Assembly (NCBI GenBank): GCA_029856145.1
Contig: JAHQWK010000001.1
Span: forward strand, 576,001 to 640,000
DNA: 64,000 bases
Direction: 5' to 3'
Source: Promethearchaeia archaeon
GTDB taxonomy: Archaea > Asgardarchaeota > Lokiarchaeia > Sigyniarchaeales > SOKP01
The first letter of the stretch is position 1, and each line of letters opens with the position of its first letter. Positions 11,214-21,518 of the stretch are shown here, in pieces. Under the pieces are notes generated by a model. It made no database searches and was not told where the DNA came from. It saw only the letters and a program-made list of their open reading frames with translations. A program made the translations under genes and the position numbers.

Positions 11214-11786
11214 ATGTCAGCCATTATAGTAATTATTCAAATAGTATTCATTACGCTAGGGATGATTGTCCTAGGGATGGTTCTTAATCATTTCTTAGGA
11301 TTAACAAAAGAAGTCTTACAAGATATGAGGAAAAAAGCTTTAAATTTTCGAGAACGTATGAAAAACGCTCAACTTATAGGAGATTATGAACAATTGATAC
11401 AAACACAGCAGGAATCAACTGTGTTTATGAAATCAATAATGAAGAAACAGATGATTCCCTTATGCTTGAGATGTATCATTTTTATTGGTATTTTTATGGT
11501 TCTAGGAATGATTTATGTAGATTATGAGAGTGGATTGCTACCATTTCCAATTCTAATTTTTGGTAGTGGTTGGTTAGCTATTTACCTAATCTTTTCAGTT
11601 TACTTTTCCTTATTTATATGGGGGGTGAAAAAACTTACAGGGATGGGAGGTAAGACGAAAAATTCTGTGAAAGAAATCATGGGGCTTGTCTCCCCCCAAC
11701 AAGATACAGGACTCTCTTCATATCCTACTTCCAATATACCTGATATGCCGAGAAGAGATTCTTGGAAAGAGCGTATTGAAGAATAG
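11214..11786 (+). CDS. DUF106 / EMC3-TMCO1-like Oxa1-superfamily membrane protein
   Basis: TM1, cytosolic coiled coil ending MKKQMIP, TM2, PFP..GW...Y, TM3. Confidence 0.65.
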   Translation: MSAIIVIIQIVFITLGMIVLGMVLNHFLGLTKEVLQDMRKKALNFRERMKNAQLIGDYEQLIQTQQESTVFMKSIMKKQMIPLCLRCIIFIGIFMVLGMIYVDYESGLLPFPILIFGSGWLAIYLIFSVYFSLFIWGVKKLTGMGGKTKNSVKEIMGLVSPQQDTGLSSYPTSNIPDMPRRDSWKERIEE

Positions 11787-11835
11787 GACGATCATTATAA
11801 TTAATTTTTTAATTTTTTGTTAGTTTAAAATAACA

Positions 11836-12129
11836 ATGAAGCGAAATTTTGTATTAAACCTAATTTTCATTGCTCTATTTATCCTTTTTTTGGTTTTATC
11901 GATAGTAATTGATTTCTTTTTTTTTATCCCTATTATATGTTTCTTACCCTTCTCTTTTAGAACAATTAAAAAAAACAGTACATATTTTGAAGAGAGATCA
12001 ACTCAAACTTCATCATATACGGATTCTAGAAATTCAGAAATAAGATATTGTCCGAGATGTGGTGGAGAAATAACAAAATCTATTGCAAAATATTGTTATC
12101 ATTGTGGAGAAAAATTAAATAATAAATAA
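11836..12129 (+). CDS. Membrane protein with C-terminal zinc ribbon
   Basis: Hydrophobic N-terminus; CPRCG...YCYHCG. Confidence 0.7.
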   Translation: MKRNFVLNLIFIALFILFLVLSIVIDFFFFIPIICFLPFSFRTIKKNSTYFEERSTQTSSYTDSRNSEIRYCPRCGGEITKSIAKYCYHCGEKLNNK

Positions 12130-12142
12130 CATGTGGTAAATT

Positions 12143-12646
12143 ATGGTTGAAAATAATGATATTAAAAGACAAATGACGCTTTATTTTATATTTGCTGCAG
12201 CTATGATTGGACTTAATTACTTAATTCAAAAATTAAATGAAATCATTGCTCCAATCATTTGTGCTAGTTTAGGGTCAATTGAATTCTTTCAAGTATTCTA
12301 TTGCTCTACTAACCCATTTAATATGCCAGAATTAGTTGGTTCTATTGTAGCAGTTGGAATTACATATTTTATTAAGTTCTTCTTAGATAAATATCTAGTT
12401 TTTAAAAGAACTGGCACCGGAGCAAAACAAACATCAATAGAATTTACTAAATATCTTGGCTTCGCAATTCTTACTACAATAGAAAATATTGGAATTCAAT
12501 TTTTATTAACAAACTTTCTAAATGCTCCACTCGAAATAAGCGTGATTATTGCACTTAGTATTGGATATATTTCGAAATTTTTTCTTGATAGAAAATTTGT
12601 TTTTGTAAAAAATTTAGAATTAGATATAGAAAATAATAAAATTTAA
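12143..12646 (+). CDS. GtrA-like membrane protein
   Basis: Four TM helices with duplicated KFFLD(K/R)..VF motif. Confidence 0.7.
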   Translation: MVENNDIKRQMTLYFIFAAAMIGLNYLIQKLNEIIAPIICASLGSIEFFQVFYCSTNPFNMPELVGSIVAVGITYFIKFFLDKYLVFKRTGTGAKQTSIEFTKYLGFAILTTIENIGIQFLLTNFLNAPLEISVIIALSIGYISKFFLDRKFVFVKNLELDIENNKI

Positions 12647-12671
12647 TAGATCGAAAGGTGATTTTAAATAT

Positions 12672-13766
12672 ATGACAGAGGAAGATCGTGAGGAAGAGAA
12701 TGATAAATCTATCGTTGACGCTTTGGGTCAACTGGGTTGGGTAGAAGAAAAGGAAGAAAAAGAGAAACCTTTAGAAACTGAAGATAATCTTAAAGACCAA
12801 CTCAATTTCTTTATGGAAGAGAACAAAAGGTTAATAGAGGAGATTTCTGAAAAAATTGAAAAAATTCAAAATTTAGAACAAAATATTCAAGAATTATCTC
12901 AAAAAGCAGAAGATAATGCTACCCAGAGTCAGGCCGTTCAAAAATTATATGAAACAATTGAGAATAGAAATGATGACATTGAAAATTTAAACTCTACTCT
13001 TGAGGAGCAATCGTCAAAATTCAATACAATAACTAATGATCAAGTTGAAAAAATAAAAGAATTAACTTCTCAAATTGAGCAATTTCAATCGGAACAAGCG
13101 AAGAATCAGGATTTACTAAATAAAATAGATGAAAAAGAAATCATGATTAAAGAATTAAAAGAACAATTACAATTCCTTGAAACTGATTCAATCCAAAAAT
13201 CTAAGTTTGAAAAACTTGAAGTACTTATAGAAAAAAAGGATGAAATCATAACTGAAAAAGAAAAATCGATTTTTACCATTGAAAATGATTTAAAAACATC
13301 TAATCAGAAAATTCATGATCTTCAACAACAATTAGAAACATTCAATTTAGTAAAGAAAGATCTTGAAAAAAAAGTAGAACGAAATAAGACTTTAGTTGTG
13401 GAAATTGAAGAATTAAAACAAAAAAACATAACTATCCAAGAATTAATTGAACGGTATGAAGAAAAGTTAGAAGAAGCACATAAAAAATCCGGAAATTTAA
13501 CGGGTAAATTTGAATTAGAGCTAGCTAATATGCGAAGTATGCTTGATGACAGATCGCAGGAGATAAAAAGCATGAGAGAACAGTTAAAGGAATTACAGAG
13601 TAAAACAGGTGATACAATACAAAAAGAAGAGAAGTTTTTAAGCGACCTTCAACAAATAAAAGATGAAAAATTAAAATTAGAATCAGATCTCGAAGAAAAA
13701 AATAAGGAAGTAATTGAACTAAAAAAGAGAATCAAATTAATGCGCAGAGATATTCAAAAATCTTAA
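12672..13766 (+). CDS. Long coiled-coil protein
   Basis: Heptad-rich E/K/Q/L composition over about 320 aa. Confidence 0.75.
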   Translation: MTEEDREEENDKSIVDALGQLGWVEEKEEKEKPLETEDNLKDQLNFFMEENKRLIEEISEKIEKIQNLEQNIQELSQKAEDNATQSQAVQKLYETIENRNDDIENLNSTLEEQSSKFNTITNDQVEKIKELTSQIEQFQSEQAKNQDLLNKIDEKEIMIKELKEQLQFLETDSIQKSKFEKLEVLIEKKDEIITEKEKSIFTIENDLKTSNQKIHDLQQQLETFNLVKKDLEKKVERNKTLVVEIEELKQKNITIQELIERYEEKLEEAHKKSGNLTGKFELELANMRSMLDDRSQEIKSMREQLKELQSKTGDTIQKEEKFLSDLQQIKDEKLKLESDLEEKNKEVIELKKRIKLMRRDIQKS

Positions 13767-13839
13767 TTCAAAATGGTTTTGCTTTACTATGTATGTAAAA
13801 TCATTAAAAAAAGAGAAAAAATAAAATTATTAAAAAACC

Positions 13840-14847
13840 TTATTTTTCGCGCCACTCAATTCCACATTGGCCGCATTTATATTTTTTTCCGTACACTCGA
13901 GGGTAGTCTAATATTATATTGGACTTATCAACAGTCTCATGAATCATGTGAGGGTCATCAGTAGAGCATTCAGGGCATTTTCGGCGACCTTCAACCTTCT
14001 CAATCGTTAAAATCGTGCTGTCTGTTCTACCAGGTATTCCTGGCGCAGCACCAGAAGCCTTCACCTCAGAAATATCCGCTTGTACTTCTTCTGGAGAAAC
14101 ATCTTTAACTTCTGACTTAAATTCTGGTTGAATTGCCGCCGCAATCCTATCATCTTCATCTTCTCCTTCTAATACAGATTCAGCTTTTAATTGTACCGCA
14201 TCAGATTCCTTATAATCTACCCCTCTCGCTAAAGCTGCCATAAATTCTGCATCATCTCCTTCTTCAAAGATAGTTTCTTGCTGTAATCCTGCCCTATCAG
14301 CATCTATAGCACGTCCCCATTGACCTGATTTGACACGTTCTTTCACATTACTTGTACTTCCTTGCCAAATATACACTTTATTGCCTAAATCAGCAACAAA
14401 ACAATCTTCTGAGTCTAATGATTCTTTTTTAAATGGGATTTGAATCATTTTCATCGCATTGATATCTTCAAATTCTTCTGAAGAAACTCGATAAAGAGCA
14501 TTTTTCCATTCTGTAAAGCCCGCCCAATCACCCGTAGATACATCTTTAAGTAATGTTTTAGCGTAGTTTTTTTCAACAATTTTCATTGTGCCCATTGGAT
14601 TGATCGTTTTCATAAATTCTTTTGATTCTTGTCCTTGATCTACTGTAATTATTTTAGCAGCGCCACCACGTTGTTGGTCGAGTGTTCTTGCTTGAGCAGC
14701 ACCTGCGGTCTTCTCATCTACTGAGCATTTATTACCTATCCAGACATATATAGTTCTTTCGTCATCTAAAAGGTAAACGTCTCCGCTGGAAAAGACTGGT
14801 TTATTGATTGCATTTAAATTTCCTTGATCAATAAGAAAAAGTTTCAT
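13840..14847 (-). CDS. Two-domain gelsolin-like protein with acidic linker and C-terminal zinc ribbon
   Basis: Gelsolin repeats GDVYLLD..IYVWIG..S.DEK and SEDCFVAD..VYIWQG..S...ER; CPEC...CGQC tail; ATG at 14847 preferred over the GTG at 14859. Confidence 0.85.
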   Translation of the reverse strand: MKLFLIDQGNLNAINKPVFSSGDVYLLDDERTIYVWIGNKCSVDEKTAGAAQARTLDQQRGGAAKIITVDQGQESKEFMKTINPMGTMKIVEKNYAKTLLKDVSTGDWAGFTEWKNALYRVSSEEFEDINAMKMIQIPFKKESLDSEDCFVADLGNKVYIWQGSTSNVKERVKSGQWGRAIDADRAGLQQETIFEEGDDAEFMAALARGVDYKESDAVQLKAESVLEGEDEDDRIAAAIQPEFKSEVKDVSPEEVQADISEVKASGAAPGIPGRTDSTILTIEKVEGRRKCPECSTDDPHMIHETVDKSNIILDYPRVYGKKYKCGQCGIEWREK

Positions 14848-14980
14848 CTTTAATTTCACTTTTTTAATTTTTAATAAATTTTTTTTTAATTACATTATGA
14901 AAATAAGTCTATAAAAGTTTTGATAAAAACTTCGGTAATATTACTATATTATTACCTTTAAAGAAGATGAAATAAAGCCT

Positions 14981-16357
14981 TTAAAAATCATTTAGGGCTG
15001 AATTAATTCTTTTAATCAATTCCGGGATTTCACTTAGATCTATAGAGCAATAAGCAATGCGTATACCGTTAATATTCTCATCCAATTTTTCAATTGGTAT
15101 TATTCCTACTTTATATTGTTTTAATAAGCGATCTGCGAATTCTGTTGCTTTAATTTTATTAGCATTTAAATTTAAAAAGACAAAAAATCCACCTGAATTA
15201 GGATCAATTGACATATTTGGATTATTTATTTTTAATAACTCGGAATTAATACAATCATATCTTTCTTTGAGTAAATTTTGTACTTCCCTTCTTGATTGCA
15301 TGATTTGTTCCATTCCCTTCTCATGGAATAACTTATGGATGAGTACTTGGTAGAAACTGTTGCAATTTGATATTGTTGCGCGAATGAAACCTTCTAATTT
15401 ATTATGGATTTCATCCTTTAATATTTGTAATTCTCCATTGTTTTCTATCCAGCTTGGTTTTAAACCTAATGTGATAAAACCAATCCGGCCTCCATAAATC
15501 AAGAGTTCCTTTGTGATTCCATCCAATTTAATTGGAATGACATTTTCATCCAACTGGTGTAGGTCATAGAATATTGATCTATTTAACACATTATCTTTAA
15601 ATACGTATGGCTCATATGCGTCATCAACTAAAACAATAATAGGTTTTTCATGAGTTAGTTGACTTTCTTTTAACATTTCAACAAGTGTGGAACCTTCTTC
15701 TGTTGTAGGAACATATCCTGTAGGATTATTAGGAAAATTCAAAAGGATGACTATTTTTTCTTGAATTTTAGCAACGTCCTCAATCGCTGTTTTTAATCCT
15801 TCGATATTTATCCTGTTATTTTTAAAAAATTCAAATGATTTACTTTTCGCACCAATGAATTTGCTAATAATATTATCATAATTTCCCCATCTCTTATTTG
15901 GTACAATAATAGAATCACTTGGATTTAAAAACAGTGAGCAAGCTTGAAAAATTCCATTAGTAATTCCTCCTGTTATTACTGGAGTGGTTATATATTTATT
16001 TAACCGAGAAAATAAAATATCTTCCTTATTACTATATAATGATTTCTGAACTATCCATTCTTTCCAAATTTCCCTTGTTTCTTGTAATCCACCAATAGAA
16101 GTATAAGGAACGATTTCTTTAACAGTGAGCCTTGAATAATCAGTGATCTCTTTCAGATAACATGGTAACCAATCGTTACTTCCTCCATCAATAAAATCCT
16201 TTTCAAATCCATAAGCGGCTCCAAGCGTCCCTATCAATTCTGCTTCTTCTCTTGCTCTTTTCGCCCAATAGAAAATCCCCTCTGGAAGGAAAATTCTTTT
16301 CCCAATTTCTGAAAAGGCTTTGTATATTGGGGTTTTTTGTATAATGCTAAAGTTCAT
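14981..16357 (-). CDS. Class I/II PLP-dependent aminotransferase
   Basis: NFPNNPTGY, DDAY, TKE...GGRIG. Confidence 0.85.
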   Translation of the reverse strand: MNFSIIQKTPIYKAFSEIGKRIFLPEGIFYWAKRAREEAELIGTLGAAYGFEKDFIDGGSNDWLPCYLKEITDYSRLTVKEIVPYTSIGGLQETREIWKEWIVQKSLYSNKEDILFSRLNKYITTPVITGGITNGIFQACSLFLNPSDSIIVPNKRWGNYDNIISKFIGAKSKSFEFFKNNRINIEGLKTAIEDVAKIQEKIVILLNFPNNPTGYVPTTEEGSTLVEMLKESQLTHEKPIIVLVDDAYEPYVFKDNVLNRSIFYDLHQLDENVIPIKLDGITKELLIYGGRIGFITLGLKPSWIENNGELQILKDEIHNKLEGFIRATISNCNSFYQVLIHKLFHEKGMEQIMQSRREVQNLLKERYDCINSELLKINNPNMSIDPNSGGFFVFLNLNANKIKATEFADRLLKQYKVGIIPIEKLDENINGIRIAYCSIDLSEIPELIKRINSALNDF

Positions 16358-16474
16358 AATAAATACATCAATTTTTAAAAATTATAAAGAAACTTATCTA
16401 GGAATGAATAATTTTGGAAAGTAATTGAAATTTATTTGCTGAATTTAAATATTAAAATAAATTAACAAACAATT

Positions 16475-16936
16475 ATGAATAATGAAAATAATTTAAGCGA
16501 TTCTGAAAATGAAAAAATAAATGAAAAGCACTTTCAAAAAGGTAGGCAAAACTTCATTGATGGAATCAAAGATGGATTTGAAAATTTTAAAACTTCTTTA
16601 GAAGAAAAATCAAAGAAAAATAAAGAATTATGGGAAGAAAATAAAGAAAAAGTGAATAAATTCTTTAATGGAGTTAAGCAAGATTGGGAGAGTAAGATCA
16701 AAGAATGGAATACAGAAATGGAACAACGAAGGTTGGAAACAAAAGAACAGTGGGATGCTCATAAGAAAAAGATAAGCCAAGATTTCAAAAATTGGCAAGA
16801 AAAGACACAACAAAAATGGGAAGAAGGAGTGAAGGCAGTTAGAAAGGGATTTTTTCGAGCGTATTTATGGACTTTACTGTTAATAATTCCAATTATAATA
16901 ATTTTAGTTATCATAATTCGAATAATAGGATTTTAA
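16475..16936 (+). CDS. Tail-anchored protein with Trp/Phe-periodic amphipathic helices
   Basis: Repeating W/F..K/E helical pattern and a C-terminal TM segment. Confidence 0.6.
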   Translation: MNNENNLSDSENEKINEKHFQKGRQNFIDGIKDGFENFKTSLEEKSKKNKELWEENKEKVNKFFNGVKQDWESKIKEWNTEMEQRRLETKEQWDAHKKKISQDFKNWQEKTQQKWEEGVKAVRKGFFRAYLWTLLLIIPIIIILVIIIRIIGF

Positions 16937-17593
16937 ATGATTGAGATCTTCACTATATCCTTTATTGTTGCTCTTACTGGTGCTTTATCTCCTGGACCCG
17001 TATTAACATTCACGATTTATAAATCGCTTAAGAGTAAAAATCCTTTCGCAGGATTTTTTATTGTTTTGGGTCATGCACTTTTAGAATTTTCTTTGATAAT
17101 CTTATTATTGTTAGGAGCTTCCTTTCTTTTCCAAAATCTTCTATTTTTAATAATGATTGGAATAATTGGAGGTATTTGTTTAATGATTTTCGGGTTTCTT
17201 ACTATAAGAGAAGTATATAAAAAACAATATGAAATTAAATTTAATCTAAAAGAAGAAAATATGAGTGGTTTTAAGGGTAATAGTTTTCTTGGAGGTATAT
17301 TTTATTCAATATCAAATCCTTATTGGGCGTTTTGGTGGGCAGTCACAGGCTTGACAATTATGATCAATTTGAATATATCATTTCAAAATCCACTAGGTTT
17401 ATTGTTATTCTTTCTTGGGCACGAATTAGGAGATTTTATATGGTATGTTCCAATTTCTCTTTTTGTTTATTTTGGAGGCAAATCCTTAAACTCTAAGGTT
17501 TATAAGTATGTTTTAATTGTTTGTGGAGGTTTTATGATAGCCTTTGGTATTTATTTAATTCTTAATGTCACCATTTTCCCTCCAAGTGTATGA
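16937..17593 (+). CDS. LysE family translocator
   Basis: ALSPGP, GHALLE, NPYW..WW motifs. Confidence 0.85.
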   Translation: MIEIFTISFIVALTGALSPGPVLTFTIYKSLKSKNPFAGFFIVLGHALLEFSLIILLLLGASFLFQNLLFLIMIGIIGGICLMIFGFLTIREVYKKQYEIKFNLKEENMSGFKGNSFLGGIFYSISNPYWAFWWAVTGLTIMINLNISFQNPLGLLLFFLGHELGDFIWYVPISLFVYFGGKSLNSKVYKYVLIVCGGFMIAFGIYLILNVTIFPPSV

Positions 17594-17647
17594 TCTAATT
17601 AATAGCTTGGATTTTTTAAGAAATAGTTATGAATTAAAAAAATTTCT

Positions 17648-19699
17648 CTAATATCTTTCTAATCCTTGATCTTCTTCAATTTCAAATAAATCTGAATGAG
17701 GTTCAAGAAAATGGTTTTGACACATGGGACAAGAATTATATTTTGAAAGCCAAAAGGCAACACATAAATAGTGATATGTACTCCCACAGAAAGGACATGT
17801 TATTACTCTATCTTTAGCAAAATTAATAAATTTATGGCACACTGTACATTGAACATCCGAAGCAGAGATTCCTTTCCTTAATTTAACTCTATTTGTTAGA
17901 ATTGTCTCCAATTTTGCTGCTTCTACTTGATAAAGTCCTAAAGAATTATTTAATTGATTAATCTTTGATTTAATCTCTGAAATTCTTTCTTTCAACTCCT
18001 CCTCTGATAATTTCTCCGCTAAGAATGATGATAATGCAAAATTTAAAGGTAAACCTTCAAAATTTTCTGTTTGTTCTGTGATTTCAGTAATAGTAGCAAA
18101 TAAAATTCCTTCTTTTTCTATTAAATCTTTAAAACTTTTAAATATCTTGTTAAGAAGCAATGACATTAGAAATGTTAGTTGCTGTCTTTTTCTATTTAAG
18201 CTGTCTTCCCAATATTTTATTACTTGATAAATATCTACATCATTAGTTTTTACAGAATCTAATCTTTTGAATACAGAGTCTTTAATTTTCTGGATTTTGA
18301 TGTTATAATCATTTAGAATTTCTCTAATCCTTTTTAATTGAGGAAATTCTTCTTTTATTATGAATGATGCTTCATCCTCATAAACTCTTATTAAATCATT
18401 CACTTCAGAGATTTTATCTGAGATAAACTTTCTTATTTCGACTCTTATTTCTTCATCCTTAACTGTCTTAATAAAACTTAAATATTCGTTTTTTCTGCGA
18501 AAAATTTCAGAAGAAACATTCGAAAATATTTTTCTTAACGAAGCTGTAATATTTTCATATGGATTTAGGAAATTCTCTATATTTAATATCCAATCTTCAA
18601 TTTCATTAATTTTTGCAGAAAAATTTTCAATTTTATTATAATAAAAGCTAGTTATTTCTTCAAATTTTTCTGCCTCAATTACATCATGGATTTTTTCTTG
18701 GAAACTCTTTTCCAACCCTAAAATATAATAGTCAACTATTTTTGGTAAAAAGGTGCCTATTTTTTGTTCTTTAAGAGTTTTTAAATTAATACTCGAATCC
18801 TTTTCTTTTAAATCAAAATCTTCGATTTCAACAAATATTTCCTGTAATTTTTCTTCAATTATTCGTCTAAGCAAAGGAGTAATAAAATTCTTAAGATTTT
18901 GTATAACTTCTTTCCTTTCGAGTATGTTAATGAATTCTTCTCCCTGAAATACTTCAAATATCTTATTTAAATATAAGAGATGGAGTAAATCAGAATAAAA
19001 TTTAATCTTATTCTCATCTTTTGAATAGAAAAATTGATAAATTTCTTCAAAATGAAAAGTTAGGATTCGCTCTTTTTTATCCTTCTTCCTTTTATTCAGA
19101 AATACATCATTTAGACTTATAATGAAAGTGACTAATTCTTTAATTTCACTCCATTTTTCTATCGAAAGAGGTATCTTATTTAATTTAAAATTTAAATTCT
19201 TAATTCTATTAATATCAGTCCAAAGAGTTGTTGAATCCTCATGAACAGATTTAATATCTTTAATCGATTGCTGGATTTCGGACCCCAGATGAGTACTCTC
19301 TTTAAGATGATCTTCTATTTTCTGTAAAGGGGCGTCTAATGCTGTGCTTTTTTTTGCTATCCTTTTTACATTCCTGATGTTTGAGCTGAGATTTTGTAGA
19401 TTATTCGAAATAACTTGTAATTCTTCCAATACTTCGTTTTTTAAATAAAAGTAATCTGAGCTTTCAGTAGACAATAAATAACTTTCTGCAAAATTTTTCA
19501 GATCCTCTATATAACTCGAATAATGACCATAAATGTCAGTAGAAAGGTGAAGTTTTGATTTTAAATAATCTTCTATTTTAATGCCTTCAGAATCTTCAGA
19601 TTTAAGTTTTACAACCATTTCCTTAATGGTTATAATCTCATCTTTAGTGAATCCATGAATCTCCCTTGTATCATTAAATCTATTATTGGAAAAATTCAA
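17648..19699 (-). CDS. Helical/coiled-coil protein with C-terminal RING-variant (C4HC3) finger; putative E3 ligase
   Basis: CTVC...CPFC...HYLC..W.....SCPMC. Confidence 0.7.
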   Translation of the reverse strand: MNFSNNRFNDTREIHGFTKDEIITIKEMVVKLKSEDSEGIKIEDYLKSKLHLSTDIYGHYSSYIEDLKNFAESYLLSTESSDYFYLKNEVLEELQVISNNLQNLSSNIRNVKRIAKKSTALDAPLQKIEDHLKESTHLGSEIQQSIKDIKSVHEDSTTLWTDINRIKNLNFKLNKIPLSIEKWSEIKELVTFIISLNDVFLNKRKKDKKERILTFHFEEIYQFFYSKDENKIKFYSDLLHLLYLNKIFEVFQGEEFINILERKEVIQNLKNFITPLLRRIIEEKLQEIFVEIEDFDLKEKDSSINLKTLKEQKIGTFLPKIVDYYILGLEKSFQEKIHDVIEAEKFEEITSFYYNKIENFSAKINEIEDWILNIENFLNPYENITASLRKIFSNVSSEIFRRKNEYLSFIKTVKDEEIRVEIRKFISDKISEVNDLIRVYEDEASFIIKEEFPQLKRIREILNDYNIKIQKIKDSVFKRLDSVKTNDVDIYQVIKYWEDSLNRKRQQLTFLMSLLLNKIFKSFKDLIEKEGILFATITEITEQTENFEGLPLNFALSSFLAEKLSEEELKERISEIKSKINQLNNSLGLYQVEAAKLETILTNRVKLRKGISASDVQCTVCHKFINFAKDRVITCPFCGSTYHYLCVAFWLSKYNSCPMCQNHFLEPHSDLFEIEEDQGLERY

Positions 19700-19817
19700 C
19701 TTGATTTTACCCCTCGTTAATACATGAGAATCTAATAATTAGTAAACTTTCATTGAATAAATTCTTATTGGTAAAAAAGCAGAATATCTGAAATATAAAA
19801 ATAAAGGGTATAAGAAA

Positions 19818-20435
19818 TTATTCTCCTAATTCTTTAATCTCTAAATATTTTTCTTTTGAGCCATCAGCTTTAATAATCAAAATATCAATACCATTTCCCG
19901 TCATGGCATCCCGAGCGATTGAGTTTCTGATTGCTTTTTCTACCAGCTTTTCACCAGCAGTCACAGTCATATCTTTCTTATAATCCGCTTCCAAAATACC
20001 AATTGAAAGTAACATACCTGTTCCAGCAGTTCCATAATCATCTTCCATAAGTGAACCAAGTGCATCAAGTGTGTATAGTTTTGGCCCATCTGCATCCATT
20101 CCAGCTATAATAAGATTTGTATATAAAGGGGCCATTTTCCTCGAATATAAGTAGTTAGACACTAATTTTCCCATACTTCTAGTAGAAATTCTCTCACCTG
20201 TTTCTAGCTCATACAAGTTTGCTTGTGCCCGGAGAATCCGTACTAATATCTGAAAATCACCTATGAGCCCGTAACATGTTAAACCAATATAATCGGTAAT
20301 CTTAAAGACTTTTTGGGTCGATTTATTAGTGACTGTGTAACCCCATGTAGCTCTTCTATCATTTCCAAGCACAACACCATCTTTACATTTGATTGCTACA
20401 CCCACTGCGCCTGGAACCATTATTTCTTGCGACAT
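19818..20435 (-). CDS. psmB: Proteasome subunit beta, probably non-catalytic
   Basis: VAIKCKDGVVLG.D.R, G..GD.Q, D.LGS, RD..TGNGID; Ala at the Thr1 position. Confidence 0.9.
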   Translation of the reverse strand: MSQEIMVPGAVGVAIKCKDGVVLGNDRRATWGYTVTNKSTQKVFKITDYIGLTCYGLIGDFQILVRILRAQANLYELETGERISTRSMGKLVSNYLYSRKMAPLYTNLIIAGMDADGPKLYTLDALGSLMEDDYGTAGTGMLLSIGILEADYKKDMTVTAGEKLVEKAIRNSIARDAMTGNGIDILIIKADGSKEKYLEIKELGE

Positions 20436-21239
20436 TTTTTTTTCTCTTTTTAGGATTTATTACTCAAATTAGGCACTATTTTGATAATATAAATAATCAG
20501 ATTTAATTAAAATTTTTCTTTTAAATTATAATATTTTACCATTATTCTCTAAAAATTAAAGTTTTTTATTCCCATGATAAATTTATGATTTTTAATATTT
20601 CAATCAGCATTATAATCTCTAGATTGAGATTAATTTTTCTTTCTTAATTCAATTATGGCTAAATTGATATGATCGGATAATTAATAATATGTCATAACAT
20701 GAGGATTATTTTTTTTAATAAGAAATTTTATAATTCTTCATTAAATCTCAATAAACCCTATATTAAAGAAGGTTTATTCAATATCGATATCAGAATAATT
20801 TTGATTCTATAAAAATTAATGCATCTTTTTCGAATGGTTGACTATTATATGATCACATAATTGTTGACATCAACATTTGTTGCGGATCACTTTTATCAAT
20901 TATATATTTATTAATTCGCCACTAAGTCATAGCGAAACTAAGATAAAAAGTAAATTTATCAAATTTAATATTTGAATAATGGTGATAATAAAAAAAACAT
21001 TTCATATCTTCACTATGATCAACAGTCCGATGATCATAGATGATGACTATTTTTTTATAATAAAAATTTTTTGTCGTAAATTTTTTTTCATTTAACTCAT
21101 GAAACTCTTCTGATTTGCCATAACATTTAAATAACTCTTCAGATATTATATTATCTAAGACACTTTACTAATAACTTCAAAAAAAATTAAAAACTTAAAT
21201 TTTTAAAAATTTTAGTAAAAAATATTGGAGGAATAAAAA

Positions 21240-21458
21240 ATGGCTAAAAAGAAACATTCTTTCGCATGGAGTCCAATTCGCCGATTAATGAAACAACAGG
21301 GTGCCAGTATAGTAGCTCGAAATGCAGTTGATTTATTAATTGATCATTTAGAAAAAACTGCTACTGCTTTAACCGAACAAGCAAGGACATTTACCATGCA
21401 CGCAAACAGGAAGAAAATCACTAAAAATGATCTTCTTCTATCAATTAAATACAAATAA
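21240..21458 (+). CDS. Archaeal histone (HMf-like fold)
   Basis: PIRRLMK..GA..V...AV and HANRKKIT..D motifs; GGAGG SD. Confidence 0.92.
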   Translation: MAKKKHSFAWSPIRRLMKQQGASIVARNAVDLLIDHLEKTATALTEQARTFTMHANRKKITKNDLLLSIKYK

Positions 21459-21488
21459 AAAGATTTTTTGGGCTAAAAACAAATTATA

Positions 21489-21518
21489 ATTCTTTACTTT
21501 TTTTTCTTTTTTATTTTT
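21489..21518 (+). terminator. Oligo-T archaeal terminator after the histone gene
   Basis: Several T-runs directly downstream of the stop codon. Confidence 0.45.
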
